A DNA stretch of 63,616 nucleotides, filler included. It is 6 parts of 6 records of this genome, joined end to end, with 100 filler letters (N's around TTAATTAATTAA, not from the genome) between each part and the next. Parts side by side here need not be neighbours in the genome. Positions count along the whole stretch, not along the records: positions 48,839 to 55,179 come from DRR723986_5069; positions 55,280 to 63,616 come from DRR723986_5090; 4 more parts are not named here. One strand, given 5' to 3'. Every line of letters starts with the position of its first letter. The first letter of the stretch is position 1. The position numbers and the translations under genes were made by a program. Of the stretch, positions 48,739 through 58,482 are shown piece by piece. The notes beneath the pieces were generated by a model that worked only from the letters and a program-made list of their open reading frames with translations, did no database searches and was not told where the DNA came from.

Positions 48739-48838
48739 NNNNNNNNNNNNNNNNNNNNNNNNNNNNNNNNNNNNNNNNNNNNTTAATTAATTAANNNNNN
48801 NNNNNNNNNNNNNNNNNNNNNNNNNNNNNNNNNNNNNN
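48739..48838. other. artificial contig spacer 4
   Basis: 100-nt N-run with TTAATTAATTAA at 48783-48794. Confidence 0.99.
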
Positions 48839-48920
48839 GCGCGTTACGCCTAAGCTTAACCGGATGTACTGCACCCAATATATTCGCCGTAAGCGGTGTA
48901 TCAGCCGCAAATAGCCTCAT
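48839..48920 (-). CDS. 5' fragment, probably YgjP/SprT-like (M48-type) metalloprotease
   Basis: MRLFAADTPLTANILGAVHPVKLRRNA; ATGA-coupled to ycgN stop; truncated. Confidence 0.45.
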
Positions 48921-49348
48921 GCGGGCCAGTCCACCAAATGATCCTCAAAATCACCCGCTTCACGCTCGTCCACAACCCGGCCCTTGACCGATGCGCCTGC
49001 TGCGTGAATTGCATCGTGGTTGCCCGCCATAAGCGGATGCCAATCAAATAGCTCTTTGCCTTCATACAACAGTCTGTAAGCACACGTGCTAGGCATCCAG
49101 GGCAATTTGTCCAACAACTCTGGCGTCATAACAACGCAATTTCCAACATAGCGTTGGCGCGTCATGTATTTACCGCACTGAATGGTTTCCGGGTCGAGAA
49201 AACGACATGCAACATTTGTATAATGAATTTCGCCGGTTTCATCATCTTCCAACTTATGCAGGCAGCATTTACCACAGCCATCGCACAGCGATTCCCACTC
49301 TTCACGGTTCATCGCATTAAGGGGTTTTTCACGCCAAAAGCTCATCAA
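48917..49348 (-). CDS. ycgN: YcgN-family cysteine cluster protein (UPF0260)
   Basis: EEWESLCDGCGKCCLHKLED, WMPSTCAYR, WHPL. Confidence 0.92.
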   Translation of the reverse strand: MMSFWREKPLNAMNREEWESLCDGCGKCCLHKLEDDETGEIHYTNVACRFLDPETIQCGKYMTRQRYVGNCVVMTPELLDKLPWMPSTCAYRLLYEGKELFDWHPLMAGNHDAIHAAGASVKGRVVDEREAGDFEDHLVDWPA

Positions 49349-49372
49349 GTATGTGCTCGCATCTGCAAAGGT

Positions 49373-49984
49373 CTAATCCGCTTTAGTTAACACTGATGCC
49401 AAACTTTTCGCAATATCATCAGGTTTATCACGAGACGAAAACAGCCGCACAAAATTACCCTCTGGGTCCATTACAAAAATGAGCGCCTGATGGTCCATCA
49501 AATAATCAGTGGTGCCAGGCTGTTTGCGTTTAGCAAAATACACTTTATAGTTTTTTGCTACTGCCGTTATATCCTCAAGCGTACCAGTGAGACCCAGTAA
49601 GCGAGGGTGAAAATCGGGCAAAAAACCAGCCAGCTCAGCCACTGTATCGCGCTCAGGATCAATGCTGATGAAAAGTGGCTGGATAGGCGTTGTGTCATAG
49701 CCTTGCTCTTCCAGCGTGCGAAGGGCCACAGTCATTTTTTGTAAATCAAGTGGGCATACATCAGGGCAAAAACTATAACCAAAATACACCAACATGTACC
49801 GGCCTAAAAAGTCCGTGTTTGAAACTGTCTCGCCGGTATGGGCGGTCAGCACAAACGGGCCACCGGGGGCCGATGCTGTCAATTCAAGCTGGCCTTCATT
49901 ATTCGCACTATAAAACCGGCCAACCAGTAATAGGGCCGCAACAAAAACCAGAATCCAAAGCCCTAAGCGCACCATTTTCATCAC
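49373..49984 (-). CDS. SCO1/SenC copper chaperone
   Basis: N-terminal TM, YFGYSFCPDVCP, ISIDPERD, YLMDH. Confidence 0.93.
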   Translation of the reverse strand: MMKMVRLGLWILVFVAALLLVGRFYSANNEGQLELTASAPGGPFVLTAHTGETVSNTDFLGRYMLVYFGYSFCPDVCPLDLQKMTVALRTLEEQGYDTTPIQPLFISIDPERDTVAELAGFLPDFHPRLLGLTGTLEDITAVAKNYKVYFAKRKQPGTTDYLMDHQALIFVMDPEGNFVRLFSSRDKPDDIAKSLASVLTKAD

Positions 49985-50083
49985 AGCTCTCCGAAATGTG
50001 ACCCCTTCCGTGCATTTACGGGGGGATTCTTCTTGTGATCTTTAGCTGGTTATAGAAATATAGGATGCCTTTGTCACGGTCCC

Positions 50084-50098
50084 TGCGGCATTTGGCGC
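50084..50098. promoter_or_regulatory. candidate RegA/PrrA binding site
   Basis: TGCGGCATTTGGCGC fits YGCGRCRnWWGNCGC; lies between divergent SCO and ankyrin genes near regBA. Confidence 0.6.
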
Positions 50099-50157
50099 AA
50101 TAGGCGTATGTTTTATTCTGCCCCTGTGGGGTATTTTGGTAATTAAGTGAGTTTTTA

Positions 50158-50724
50158 ATGGTGTCTTCTGTTCGTTCTGTCGGTTTGTTTACAATCATAC
50201 TTTTGCTGCTTGGCGCTGCACTACCAGCCTCTGCGCAAAACCCACAATATGATCTCTTGAAAGCTGTCGACGACGCTGATCTGAACAAGGTCAATGAATT
50301 ACTGCGCAAGAATGTTTCTCCGGACACACGTCGCCGCAGCGACCGCACCCCTGCGATTTTAATCGCTGCTCAATCTGCCAATACTGCAGTGGTGAAATTG
50401 TTGCTAGACAATGATGCAAACCCGAATCTGTCGGATAATAGAGGACAAACCGCGTTAATGGTTCGCTCTGTTGTGGGTGATACCAATATGATTAAGCTTT
50501 TGCTGTCATACGGCGCTGACCCTAACCGGGCAGACACAGGCCAGGAAACCGCATTGATGAAAGCTGTAAGAGGCAGAAAGTTTAAAGCGGCTCAGGCTTT
50601 AATTGAAGCAGGCGCAGACCCAAATGTACAAGACCTGACCGGAAAAACTGCGTTGGAATATGCTAAAATAAGCCGGTCGCGCCGCTTTGTGCGCTTGTTG
50701 CAAGACGCTGGTGCAACATATTAA
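50158..50724 (+). CDS. exported ankyrin-repeat protein
   Basis: Signal peptide (ASA-Q); repeats GQTALM, ETALMKA, GKTAL with GADPN turns. Confidence 0.9.
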   Translation: MVSSVRSVGLFTIILLLLGAALPASAQNPQYDLLKAVDDADLNKVNELLRKNVSPDTRRRSDRTPAILIAAQSANTAVVKLLLDNDANPNLSDNRGQTALMVRSVVGDTNMIKLLLSYGADPNRADTGQETALMKAVRGRKFKAAQALIEAGADPNVQDLTGKTALEYAKISRSRRFVRLLQDAGATY

Positions 50725-51029
50725 ACCCGACAGCCCAACAGCATCAAATTGAAAGCTGATCATAGCGAGCAAGTCCTAAACACTTGCCATTCGTAAAAGC
50801 ATACAAGTGGCCATAAACTAGTCTGGTGAAACAGTTTGGCGGATACACATGGCCCGTGTGCTAGGGTATGTTTCCAAGAATCAACGCATGATCTTGGGTC
50901 ATGAAAGTGGGCTAATTGTCGCGCATGTCGCCTTGAGCTTGGCAAATGCTGCATTGATCCCGATATAGTTGATAGCTTTGCTTTGTGTGGTCAGTTTGTT
51001 TTTGCTGGCTGCAGCCAGTGGATAAGGCC

Positions 51030-52409
51030 ATGAAACCAAATACGCACTCGACACACAATACGCGCCCAAGCGGCGACGATGGCGATTCGATATTCACTGG
51101 TATTTACCCAGAATTCGATAGCGACGGCGGTGTTCGGCTGGGCACATTAGTTGCCATTCGCTGGATAGGTGTCAGCGGCCAGCTGTTCGCTTTGGCCTTA
51201 GTGGCGTGGGTTTTAAAGTTTGATGTTAAAGCAGAGATCACCGTGCCTTTGGTACTGGTATCTGCTCTGCTAAATTTATGGTTTTCACTTCGATCCGACA
51301 AAAATAAACGTCTACCAGACAGCCAAGCCAGCGCCCACCTTGCTTTTGATTTGGTTCATGTAGCAGCGTTACTTTTTGCCACCGGCGGCCTGGCGAACCC
51401 CTTTTGTATGCTGATGCTGGTGCCAACAACGGTGTCTGCCACCATGTTAACACGGCAAAGCACATACGGCCTGATCGCTTTATCCCTTATACTGGCTACA
51501 ATACTAGCTTTCACGCCCTATCCTTTGCCGTGGAATGGTGCCCCGCCCGTCGTTGAACCTTTGTTTTTAACGGCTATCTGGATCAGCCTGTGTTTTACGC
51601 TTGTGTTTCTTGCTGTGTATATGGCGCGGGTTGGCAGGGAAAGCCGCATACGGGCAAGAGCTCTGGTAGCAACGCAGTTAGCGTTAGAGCAAGAGCAAAA
51701 ACTGGCCGCACTTGGAGCTCTGGCCGCAGCGGCGGCGCATGAACTTGGCACCCCAATGGGTACCATTATGCTGGTCGCCAAAGACCTGCTGAACGGATGG
51801 CAGGGTGACGGAGAAACCCACGCTGATTTGGAATTGATTTTGTCCGAAATAACGCGTTGCCGTAATATTTTATCAGAGCTTCGAGAACAAAAGAAAGCAG
51901 GTTTGGACGAACATTTCGCCCTAATGCCGGTGGCTGCCATTTTGCGCGAAGCGGCAGCACCGCACGAGCAGCGCGGCATTAAACTCAAATTCAATATAGG
52001 CGCGGATGCAAATTTCGAAATGGCCCGTACACCGGAAATTATTCATTCCATACGCAGCATCGTGGAAAACGCCGTAGGTTTTGCCCGCAATCAAGTTATT
52101 GTGGCTGCTGACATGAGCGATGATGTGCTGATGATAACCATTGATGATGATGGCCCCGGTTTTGACCCGCAAATTGTACGCAATTTGGGCGAGCCTTATG
52201 TAACCACTCGTCGGCCCCGACCCGGCAGAGACGGTGGCTTGGGGCTTGGGTTATTTATCGCCAAGTCACTGCTTGAACGCATGGGCGCGTCACTGTCTTT
52301 TGGTGCAACACCCAGGGGCGGCGCACGCACGAGTATATTGTTTTCGCCCCGCCAAGCTGTTCAAGGCCAAAACAATCAAAGTCCGTCTTTTAATTCATCC
52401 ACCCCGTGA
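51030..52409 (+). CDS. regB: redox sensor histidine kinase RegB/PrrB/ActS
   Basis: Quinone-binding GGLANPF, AAAAHELGTP H-box, redox Cys in RCR, DDDGPGF, GLGLGLFIAK. Confidence 0.93.
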   Translation: MKPNTHSTHNTRPSGDDGDSIFTGIYPEFDSDGGVRLGTLVAIRWIGVSGQLFALALVAWVLKFDVKAEITVPLVLVSALLNLWFSLRSDKNKRLPDSQASAHLAFDLVHVAALLFATGGLANPFCMLMLVPTTVSATMLTRQSTYGLIALSLILATILAFTPYPLPWNGAPPVVEPLFLTAIWISLCFTLVFLAVYMARVGRESRIRARALVATQLALEQEQKLAALGALAAAAAHELGTPMGTIMLVAKDLLNGWQGDGETHADLELILSEITRCRNILSELREQKKAGLDEHFALMPVAAILREAAAPHEQRGIKLKFNIGADANFEMARTPEIIHSIRSIVENAVGFARNQVIVAADMSDDVLMITIDDDGPGFDPQIVRNLGEPYVTTRRPRPGRDGGLGLGLFIAKSLLERMGASLSFGATPRGGARTSILFSPRQAVQGQNNQSPSFNSSTP

Positions 52410-52416
52410 GGCCCTT

Positions 52417-52965
52417 ATGTCTGAGAAAAAACAAATAAATCCGGAAGATATTTTGCTTATTGTAGAAGATGACCGCGCCTTTAGGCAGCGTCTGTCGCTT
52501 AGCATGGAACGGCAGGGTTTCACTGTCGTTGCTGCTGAAAGCATAGAAGAAGCCGGATTAATGGCAGCCGACCATAAACCGCGTTACGCCATTTTGGATA
52601 TGAAGCTCAATGACGGCAACGGCCTGGACCTTGTGCCTACGCTGCGCCATTTGCGCAGTGATGTGCGCATTATTATCCTGACAGGATACGGAAATTTGGC
52701 CAGTGCAGTTGCAGCTGTGAAAGCCGGCGCTGTTGACTATTTGGCCAAACCCGCCGACCCGGACGAGATTGTAAAAGCCTTGCTTGCAAGCGGCGGCGAA
52801 AAACCGACACCACCCGAGAACCCTATGTCTGCAGACCGCGTGAAATGGGAACATATTCAGCGTGTTTACGAGCTATGCGACCGCAATGTATCGGAAACTG
52901 CACGACGCCTGAATATGCACCGTCGTACCCTACAGCGCATTTTAGCAAAAAGGTCACCGCTATAA
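52417..52965 (+). CDS. regA: response regulator RegA/PrrA/ActR
   Basis: PPENPMSADRVKWEHIQRVYELCDRNVSETARRLNMHRRTLQRILAKRSP signature. Confidence 0.97.
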   Translation: MSEKKQINPEDILLIVEDDRAFRQRLSLSMERQGFTVVAAESIEEAGLMAADHKPRYAILDMKLNDGNGLDLVPTLRHLRSDVRIIILTGYGNLASAVAAVKAGAVDYLAKPADPDEIVKALLASGGEKPTPPENPMSADRVKWEHIQRVYELCDRNVSETARRLNMHRRTLQRILAKRSPL

Positions 52966-53044
52966 CGCTTGGGTAGCTGTCGCACATAAAATATTAGACA
53001 CGGCCTCAGGTGGTTCTGGCGTGCAAAACCGCGCGCAATTTCCA

Positions 53045-53815
53045 TTAGTGGCCAAAACGCCGAACCTGATGCAACCACCACCCCGCTTCGTTGATCGAAT
53101 AGACCGGGCGGTAATGTAAAATTTCATTGTGGGCCAAAACGCTGTCTACCTGATTGTCCAGAATGTAAAAGGTGCCTTCAAACTCAACAGCAAGCACTGC
53201 ATGGGCAGCACGCAGATTTTCGTCTTGCACAACTGCGATACGCATTTTGGCAGGGTCCACACCCAATCGCTTCAGGGTAATGAATTTACTAATTGCATAA
53301 TCTTCACAATCGCCGCTTCTGAGGAAAAATTCATCCGGGGTGGACCAATAATCTGGCACGCCCCAATTAACCGGGTCCACAATATATTTTGTACGGTTGA
53401 TATATAGATTAACGTTGCTTAATAGCTCAGGCGACAAAGCGGGGTTATCATCTCTCTCGGTATTCTGCTGGCCAGTACGTTGGCTATTGATAAAACTGTC
53501 CCACGCCTCTCGGTTACACTTAATCAGCCGCTTCACACCCCGACACTTATTTTCAGGGCTAGTCGTATCAGCTTCACGTGAAGTTTCCTCTGTTTTGGAC
53601 AAATTTTGACGGCGCCAAACCCCACTCCATTTATCAAAAGACGCCATATTGGTTGAATGGATCTCACGACTACCAAAAAGACCATCAGACTGCGCCGTAG
53701 CAGCGGGCGTCAAAATACATGCCGTCACAAAAGCAACCGCAAGCCGTAATTTCGCAGTGCATCTGAGGGAAATAGCCAAAGCGACGTCCTCTTCCAGTCT
53801 ATCCTTATGCGCCAT
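53045..53815 (-). CDS. transglutaminase-like cysteine protease (BTLCP/LapG-like)
   Basis: NWGVPDYWSTP.EF...GDCEDYAISK, AHAVL, ILDNQ (Cys-His-Asp); start uncertain. Confidence 0.9.
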   Translation of the reverse strand: MAHKDRLEEDVALAISLRCTAKLRLAVAFVTACILTPAATAQSDGLFGSREIHSTNMASFDKWSGVWRRQNLSKTEETSREADTTSPENKCRGVKRLIKCNREAWDSFINSQRTGQQNTERDDNPALSPELLSNVNLYINRTKYIVDPVNWGVPDYWSTPDEFFLRSGDCEDYAISKFITLKRLGVDPAKMRIAVVQDENLRAAHAVLAVEFEGTFYILDNQVDSVLAHNEILHYRPVYSINEAGWWLHQVRRFGH

Positions 53816-53958
53816 TTAAAAAGGGGTATTTGTCCCTTCGCGTTCCAACTTCTTTCACTATGCCTGCAAAATCTAAAGACACCCCTAACAGTCCGTTAAG
53901 TAATTGCCTATATTTTAACGAAGTGTCTTTAATCGCACAGCCAAAACAAGGAACCATC

Positions 53959-55179
53959 ATGTTAAAACCAAGCTACCCAGCGCGCAAACTGTTACCGCCC
54001 GCCTTGGGTTTGCTGGTTGTTTTACTTGTGGCTTTTTTCACCATCTTTAAATTCGCAGAAGCAGAAGCAGAAAAAGGTCTGGAGAGCTGGCAAAGCAAGA
54101 TGCGTTTAGTGGCGGACAGCCGGGCGGCAGAAGTTTCTAAGTGGCTCAATAGACATATAGGTGACATTGAACGCGTGGCTGCAGATGCATCAGTTCAACT
54201 GTATGCCTCCACGATAATAGAAGCCAATTCAGAGAATACGATAAACGAAAACAACGCCGAAGCACAGCGAGGCTATATATATTCGCTGCTATCGGTTGAA
54301 GCTGAATCCAGCGGGTTTCACGAACAACGCGCTATCGATTCGGTCGCGGCTAACGTCAAGCGCCCAAATCGTGCAGGGCTTGCCCTTGTAGATGCCTCGG
54401 GTAAAATATTGGTTGCCTCAGCAGGTATGCCCATGCTGCGCCCAGAAGAACTATCGCAAAGTGGAGACCTAGCTAATAACAAAAATGGTGATCGGCCCTT
54501 CATTAAAATAGGGCCAAGGCTTGACGATAAAACACCGCTGGTACTTATCGGCGCACCCATTTCAGTCAGCACAGACGGCCTACTCGTCACAGCCTGGATT
54601 ATTGGTGCCAGACCACTGGACCGTGATTTCCTGCGCACGCTCGACCAGCCCGGAGACGACAGCGTGACAGCTGAAACCTATTTAGTACTCCAATCAGAAA
54701 CTAACGCTGTTACACCCATAACACCGCTAAAACGCGGCGGTAGAATGGGTGAAGCCCGTATTGACCCTGCTGCATATTTTGCCGCCAACCAACCTGGTGG
54801 ATTTGGCCAATATGCAAATTATGACGGGCAGCAGGTTTTAGTAACCGGGCGGGAATTAAGCGCTCCTGTTTCCTGGATACTTGTTCGCACCGTTGAGGCC
54901 CGCGAAGCCCTCGCAACTATTCGCGAGCGACGCAATAGCCTATTCATAACATTGTCACTTGCCGCTCTTTGTGTTTTCGTGGCACTGGTTCTTGTATGGC
55001 GTTTGGGCGTTTCAAGAAAACTGGAACAAAGCTACCAACAACAATCCGCGCTATCGCAAGAAAATGAAGCCCTTAATATATTCCTGCGTTCCATTAGTGA
55101 CAGCCAGCCCTCTGCCATCGCAGCTCTTGATACCAATATGACCGCGCATCTTGTGAACAAGCAAATGGGGGTAATGGCC
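53959..55179 (+). CDS. membrane sensor protein (two TMs around a Cache-like periplasmic domain, start of a PAS-like region); 3' truncated
   Basis: TM LLPPALGLLVVLLVAFFTIF, second TM LFITLSLAALCVFVALVLVW, then LRSISDSQPSAI. Confidence 0.65.
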
Positions 55180-55279
55180 NNNNNNNNNNNNNNNNNNNNN
55201 NNNNNNNNNNNNNNNNNNNNNNNTTAATTAATTAANNNNNNNNNNNNNNNNNNNNNNNNNNNNNNNNNNNNNNNNNNNN
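55180..55279. other. artificial contig spacer 5
   Basis: 100-nt N-run with TTAATTAATTAA at 55224-55235. Confidence 0.99.
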
Positions 55280-55501
55280 CATGACGATGAACATCGCCGC
55301 GATGGTCCATGGTGCGGGGTTCGACAGGACCGACAGCGCCGCGTCATAGGGCAGGAAGCCAGCGGCCAGCAGTGCCGCAGCCCCGGTGATCGCCACGACC
55401 TCCGCCGGAAAGCTTTCGCGCACGAACAGAACGAACATCACGGCCACGACGCCAAGGGTCAGAACCCCTTGCATTGTTGGCGATAAGAACTCAGCAAGCA
55501 T
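55280..55501 (-). CDS. SLC13/DASS-family permease, 5' fragment
   Basis: MFVLFVRESFPAEVVA...LSNPAPWTIAAMF; truncated. Confidence 0.8.
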
Positions 55502-55522
55502 CGGCGATCCCGTCCCGATTGG

Positions 55523-56452
55523 TCAGCGGCCATCATTCCCGAGCGGCACGGGATGGGCAAGGGAATCCTTCACGCGAGGTTGCACCAGCGCCACCCCCAT
55601 CAACATCAGTGCGAAGGCACCCCAGACCCATGGCGAATAGGTTTCGCCAAGCAGGAACCATGACCAGCCAACACTGAACCCGGTCACCAGATAGGAAATC
55701 TGCACCGCGAAAACCGGCCCGCCGCGCCCGACCAGCCAGACATATCCCGCATAGCTGAGCGCATGGGCGACCGACGCGATGACCACCGCCAGATCAGGCA
55801 AACCATAGGGCGGCAACGGGGAAATCCATTCCCCGGACACAAGCGCGAGGGGCAGAGAGATCACGATACCCACCAGCGATGCGCCAAGCAGCACCTGAAC
55901 GGCATCCAATCCTTCTGGCTGGTGGCGGGCAACATAGTTGCCTTCGAACGCATAAAAGGCAGGCGCGATCAGCCCCACGGGCACCCATGCCAGCATTGCG
56001 GGGTCGGGCAGGCTGGTCTCTGGCAGCATGATCATGGCAATGGCGGCCAGACCGAGGGTGAGCCCAAAGAGCCGAGGCATAGAAAACCGGTCATTGCCCC
56101 AGGCCAGAGCGATCGGGAACGCCAGCATCGGCACCGTCGCAATGCACAGCGCAAGGATGCCGCCGGGCAGGTGAATGGCCGCCGTATAGCTGGCCGTGTT
56201 GGGCAGCAGCGTCCCAATAAGGGCGATGATCAGGTAAAACCGCAAGGCACGCGGATCGGTCGGAAGACCCCGCCCCATGACCAGGTTGACCACGCCCAGA
56301 ACCACCGCTCCAAGCACGAACTGCCAGAAAATGATGCCGATGTGACGGTAATCCTCGCTGACCGCGATCTTGCCCATGGGGATGGAAATACCCCACCCCA
56401 TGGCGCAGGCCAGCAGCACCGCCACCAGCCACAGCTTGTCAGAGCGCGCCAT
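55523..56452 (-). CDS. DMT/EamA-family transporter
   Basis: About 10 TMs; start MARSDKLW overlaps the upstream stop; GPVFAVQISY, LLGE motifs. Confidence 0.88.
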   Translation of the reverse strand: MARSDKLWLVAVLLACAMGWGISIPMGKIAVSEDYRHIGIIFWQFVLGAVVLGVVNLVMGRGLPTDPRALRFYLIIALIGTLLPNTASYTAAIHLPGGILALCIATVPMLAFPIALAWGNDRFSMPRLFGLTLGLAAIAMIMLPETSLPDPAMLAWVPVGLIAPAFYAFEGNYVARHQPEGLDAVQVLLGASLVGIVISLPLALVSGEWISPLPPYGLPDLAVVIASVAHALSYAGYVWLVGRGGPVFAVQISYLVTGFSVGWSWFLLGETYSPWVWGAFALMLMGVALVQPRVKDSLAHPVPLGNDGR

Positions 56453-57263
56453 CCGGCCCCGCCTGTTGCAACCGCCCGCCAATGCGGATCGGGGCCACGC
56501 GCAGCGCCTTGCCGGTCTTGTCATCAGTTTCCACAAACACGCCTGACAACGTCGCCTCGCCCGCCGCTGGTGTGAAGCGGTCTTTTGGCATGCCGGTGAT
56601 GAAGCGGCGCAGGGGTTCACCCTTTTCCATGCCGATGACGCTGTTGTAGTCGCCGCACATACCTGCATCCGTCAGGTAGGCCGTGCCTCCGGGCAGAACC
56701 TGCGCGTCGCCCGTCGGCACATGGGTATGGGTGCCCACAACAAGGCTGGCGCGCCCGTCGCAGAAATGGCCTACGGCCATCTTCTCGGACGTCGCTTCGC
56801 AATGAATGTCGATGATGATGGCACTGGCCAATCCGCCAAGCGGATGCGACCGCAACACGCCCTCAACCGCTGAAAACGGGTCCGAGAAGGGGCGCTTCAT
56901 GAAGACCTGTCCAAGCGCCTGCATCACCAGCACCTTGCGCCCGCCCTTGGCCTCGAACAGCTGAAAGCCACGCCCCGGCGCGACCTTGGCATAATTCATC
57001 GGCCGCACGATGCGCGGCTCCTTTTCGATGAATTGCAGCATGTCGCGCTGATCGAAGGCATGATCGCCAAGCGTCAGGCAATCGACCCCGGCAGCCAGCA
57101 GGGTTTCCGCGTGGCTTTGCGACAGGCCATGGCCCGAGGTCGCGTTCTCGCCGTTGACCACGACGAAATCGAGCCGCCAATCGGTTTTCAACCGGGGAAG
57201 GGTTTCGGAAACGGCAGCACGCCCCGCGCGCCCCATTACATCGCCAAGAAAAAGCAGTCTCAT
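56439..57263 (-). CDS. YmdB/TIGR00282-family metallophosphoesterase
   Basis: LFLGDVMG, VNGEN, GDHAFD, DIHCEATSEK, GTHTHVPT, TDAGMCG. Confidence 0.93.
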   Translation of the reverse strand: MRLLFLGDVMGRAGRAAVSETLPRLKTDWRLDFVVVNGENATSGHGLSQSHAETLLAAGVDCLTLGDHAFDQRDMLQFIEKEPRIVRPMNYAKVAPGRGFQLFEAKGGRKVLVMQALGQVFMKRPFSDPFSAVEGVLRSHPLGGLASAIIIDIHCEATSEKMAVGHFCDGRASLVVGTHTHVPTGDAQVLPGGTAYLTDAGMCGDYNSVIGMEKGEPLRRFITGMPKDRFTPAAGEATLSGVFVETDDKTGKALRVAPIRIGGRLQQAGPDGAL

Positions 57264-57319
57264 GGCCAAGGCTTAGGCGGTTCGGGACGGGGCGGCAAGG
57301 GTCCGGGTGCGATTGGCCT

Positions 57320-57796
57320 CTAGGGTGAGGGCCGCACCGTATAGCTCGCCTCATAGGAGACCGGGAAATTGACGGATCGGGCGATGTAGCAAACCTCGTG
57401 TATGCGCGCGTGAACGCGGTCCGCCGCAGCCATATCAGACCCCGCTGCAAGGGTGATCCGGGGGCGCAGCGTTGCCGACAGGAACCGGCCCGCGCCGGAG
57501 GGCAGGCTTTCCCCCACGGCCAGCGGATCGTCTTCGTAGCCTTCGACCACGATCCCCGCGTCGCTGGCCAGATGCAGGAACCACAGCATGTGGCAGGCCG
57601 ACAGCGCAGCGATCAGCATATCCTCGGGGTTGTGCAATCCGGGGTCACCGCCAAGTAGCGGGTCATTGGAGCAGTTGATAACCGGCTTGCCCGGCGTTTC
57701 CACATTCCAGGTCCGGTCATAACCCCGATAGCTGATGGTCCCCTGCCCGCGGTTCCCGGTCCAGACGATCCGCGCCGTGTAGCTGTGATTGGCCAT
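57320..57796 (-). CDS. OsmC/Ohr-family protein
   Basis: WTGNRG.GT..Y..Y.R, NPEDMLIAALSACHMLWFL, CYIARSV. Confidence 0.9.
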   Translation of the reverse strand: MANHSYTARIVWTGNRGQGTISYRGYDRTWNVETPGKPVINCSNDPLLGGDPGLHNPEDMLIAALSACHMLWFLHLASDAGIVVEGYEDDPLAVGESLPSGAGRFLSATLRPRITLAAGSDMAAADRVHARIHEVCYIARSVNFPVSYEASYTVRPSP

Positions 57797-57823
57797 ATTT
57801 GCATCCCTTGCGATTCCATGTAT

Positions 57824-57837
57824 AAATGTATACATTT
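57824..57837. promoter_or_regulatory. palindromic GntR-type operator
   Basis: AAATGTATACATTT perfect palindrome in the short divergent intergenic region. Confidence 0.7.
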
Positions 57838-57861
57838 TAACAGCGTTGAAAAGAGGGGCCC

Positions 57862-58482
57862 ATGGGACCGGAGGCGATCGCAGAAAAAGTACGGCAGGAT
57901 CTGCTGTCAGGCCGGATGCGGCCCGGCGACACGCTGCTGCAAGGCGCGCTGGCCGAGCGCTTTGGGGTCAGCCGCATCCCCGTGCGTGACGCGCTGGCGC
58001 TGTTGGCACGGGATGGGTTGATCGACGTGACCATGAACCGGCGCGCGACGGTCATCTCACTGGCCCCGGCGCAGATCGAGGAGCTTTACGACCTGCGCCT
58101 GCTGCTGGAAACCGACCTGCTGGCCCGCGCCGTGCCGTGCATGGATGCTGACGCGTTGCGCGCTGTGGATTACGCGCTGGAACGGTCGAACCTGGAGGCG
58201 CGGAACCAGAACTGGTTCGAGGGCGACGCGCTGTTTCACGACACGCTCTATGCCCCGGCTGCCCGGCCCAGACAAAGAGCATTGGTGGCCGACCTGCGCC
58301 AGAAGGCACGGGTGCAGATCGCAGGGCACAGGTTTCTGCCCGAGGACACGGATCGCTGGCTCGCCGATCACGCCGCCATTGTCGCCGCCTGCCACGCCCA
58401 AAACGCGCCGCAAGCTGTTTCCCGCCTGCGTCAGCATCTGTTGGGCGCGAAGACGGCAGTTCTGAAGCGGATGGACCGTTAG
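57862..58482 (+). CDS. GntR-family (FCD) transcriptional regulator
   Basis: LAERFGVSRIPVRDAL wHTH; ELYDLRLLLE, FHDTLY, DHAAIV. Confidence 0.92.
   Translation: MGPEAIAEKVRQDLLSGRMRPGDTLLQGALAERFGVSRIPVRDALALLARDGLIDVTMNRRATVISLAPAQIEELYDLRLLLETDLLARAVPCMDADALRAVDYALERSNLEARNQNWFEGDALFHDTLYAPAARPRQRALVADLRQKARVQIAGHRFLPEDTDRWLADHAAIVAACHAQNAPQAVSRLRQHLLGAKTAVLKRMDR

Noticed and set aside
9955-55235. Five TTAATTAATTAA palindromes
   Set aside because: Embedded in fixed-length N-runs; assembly linkers, not biology
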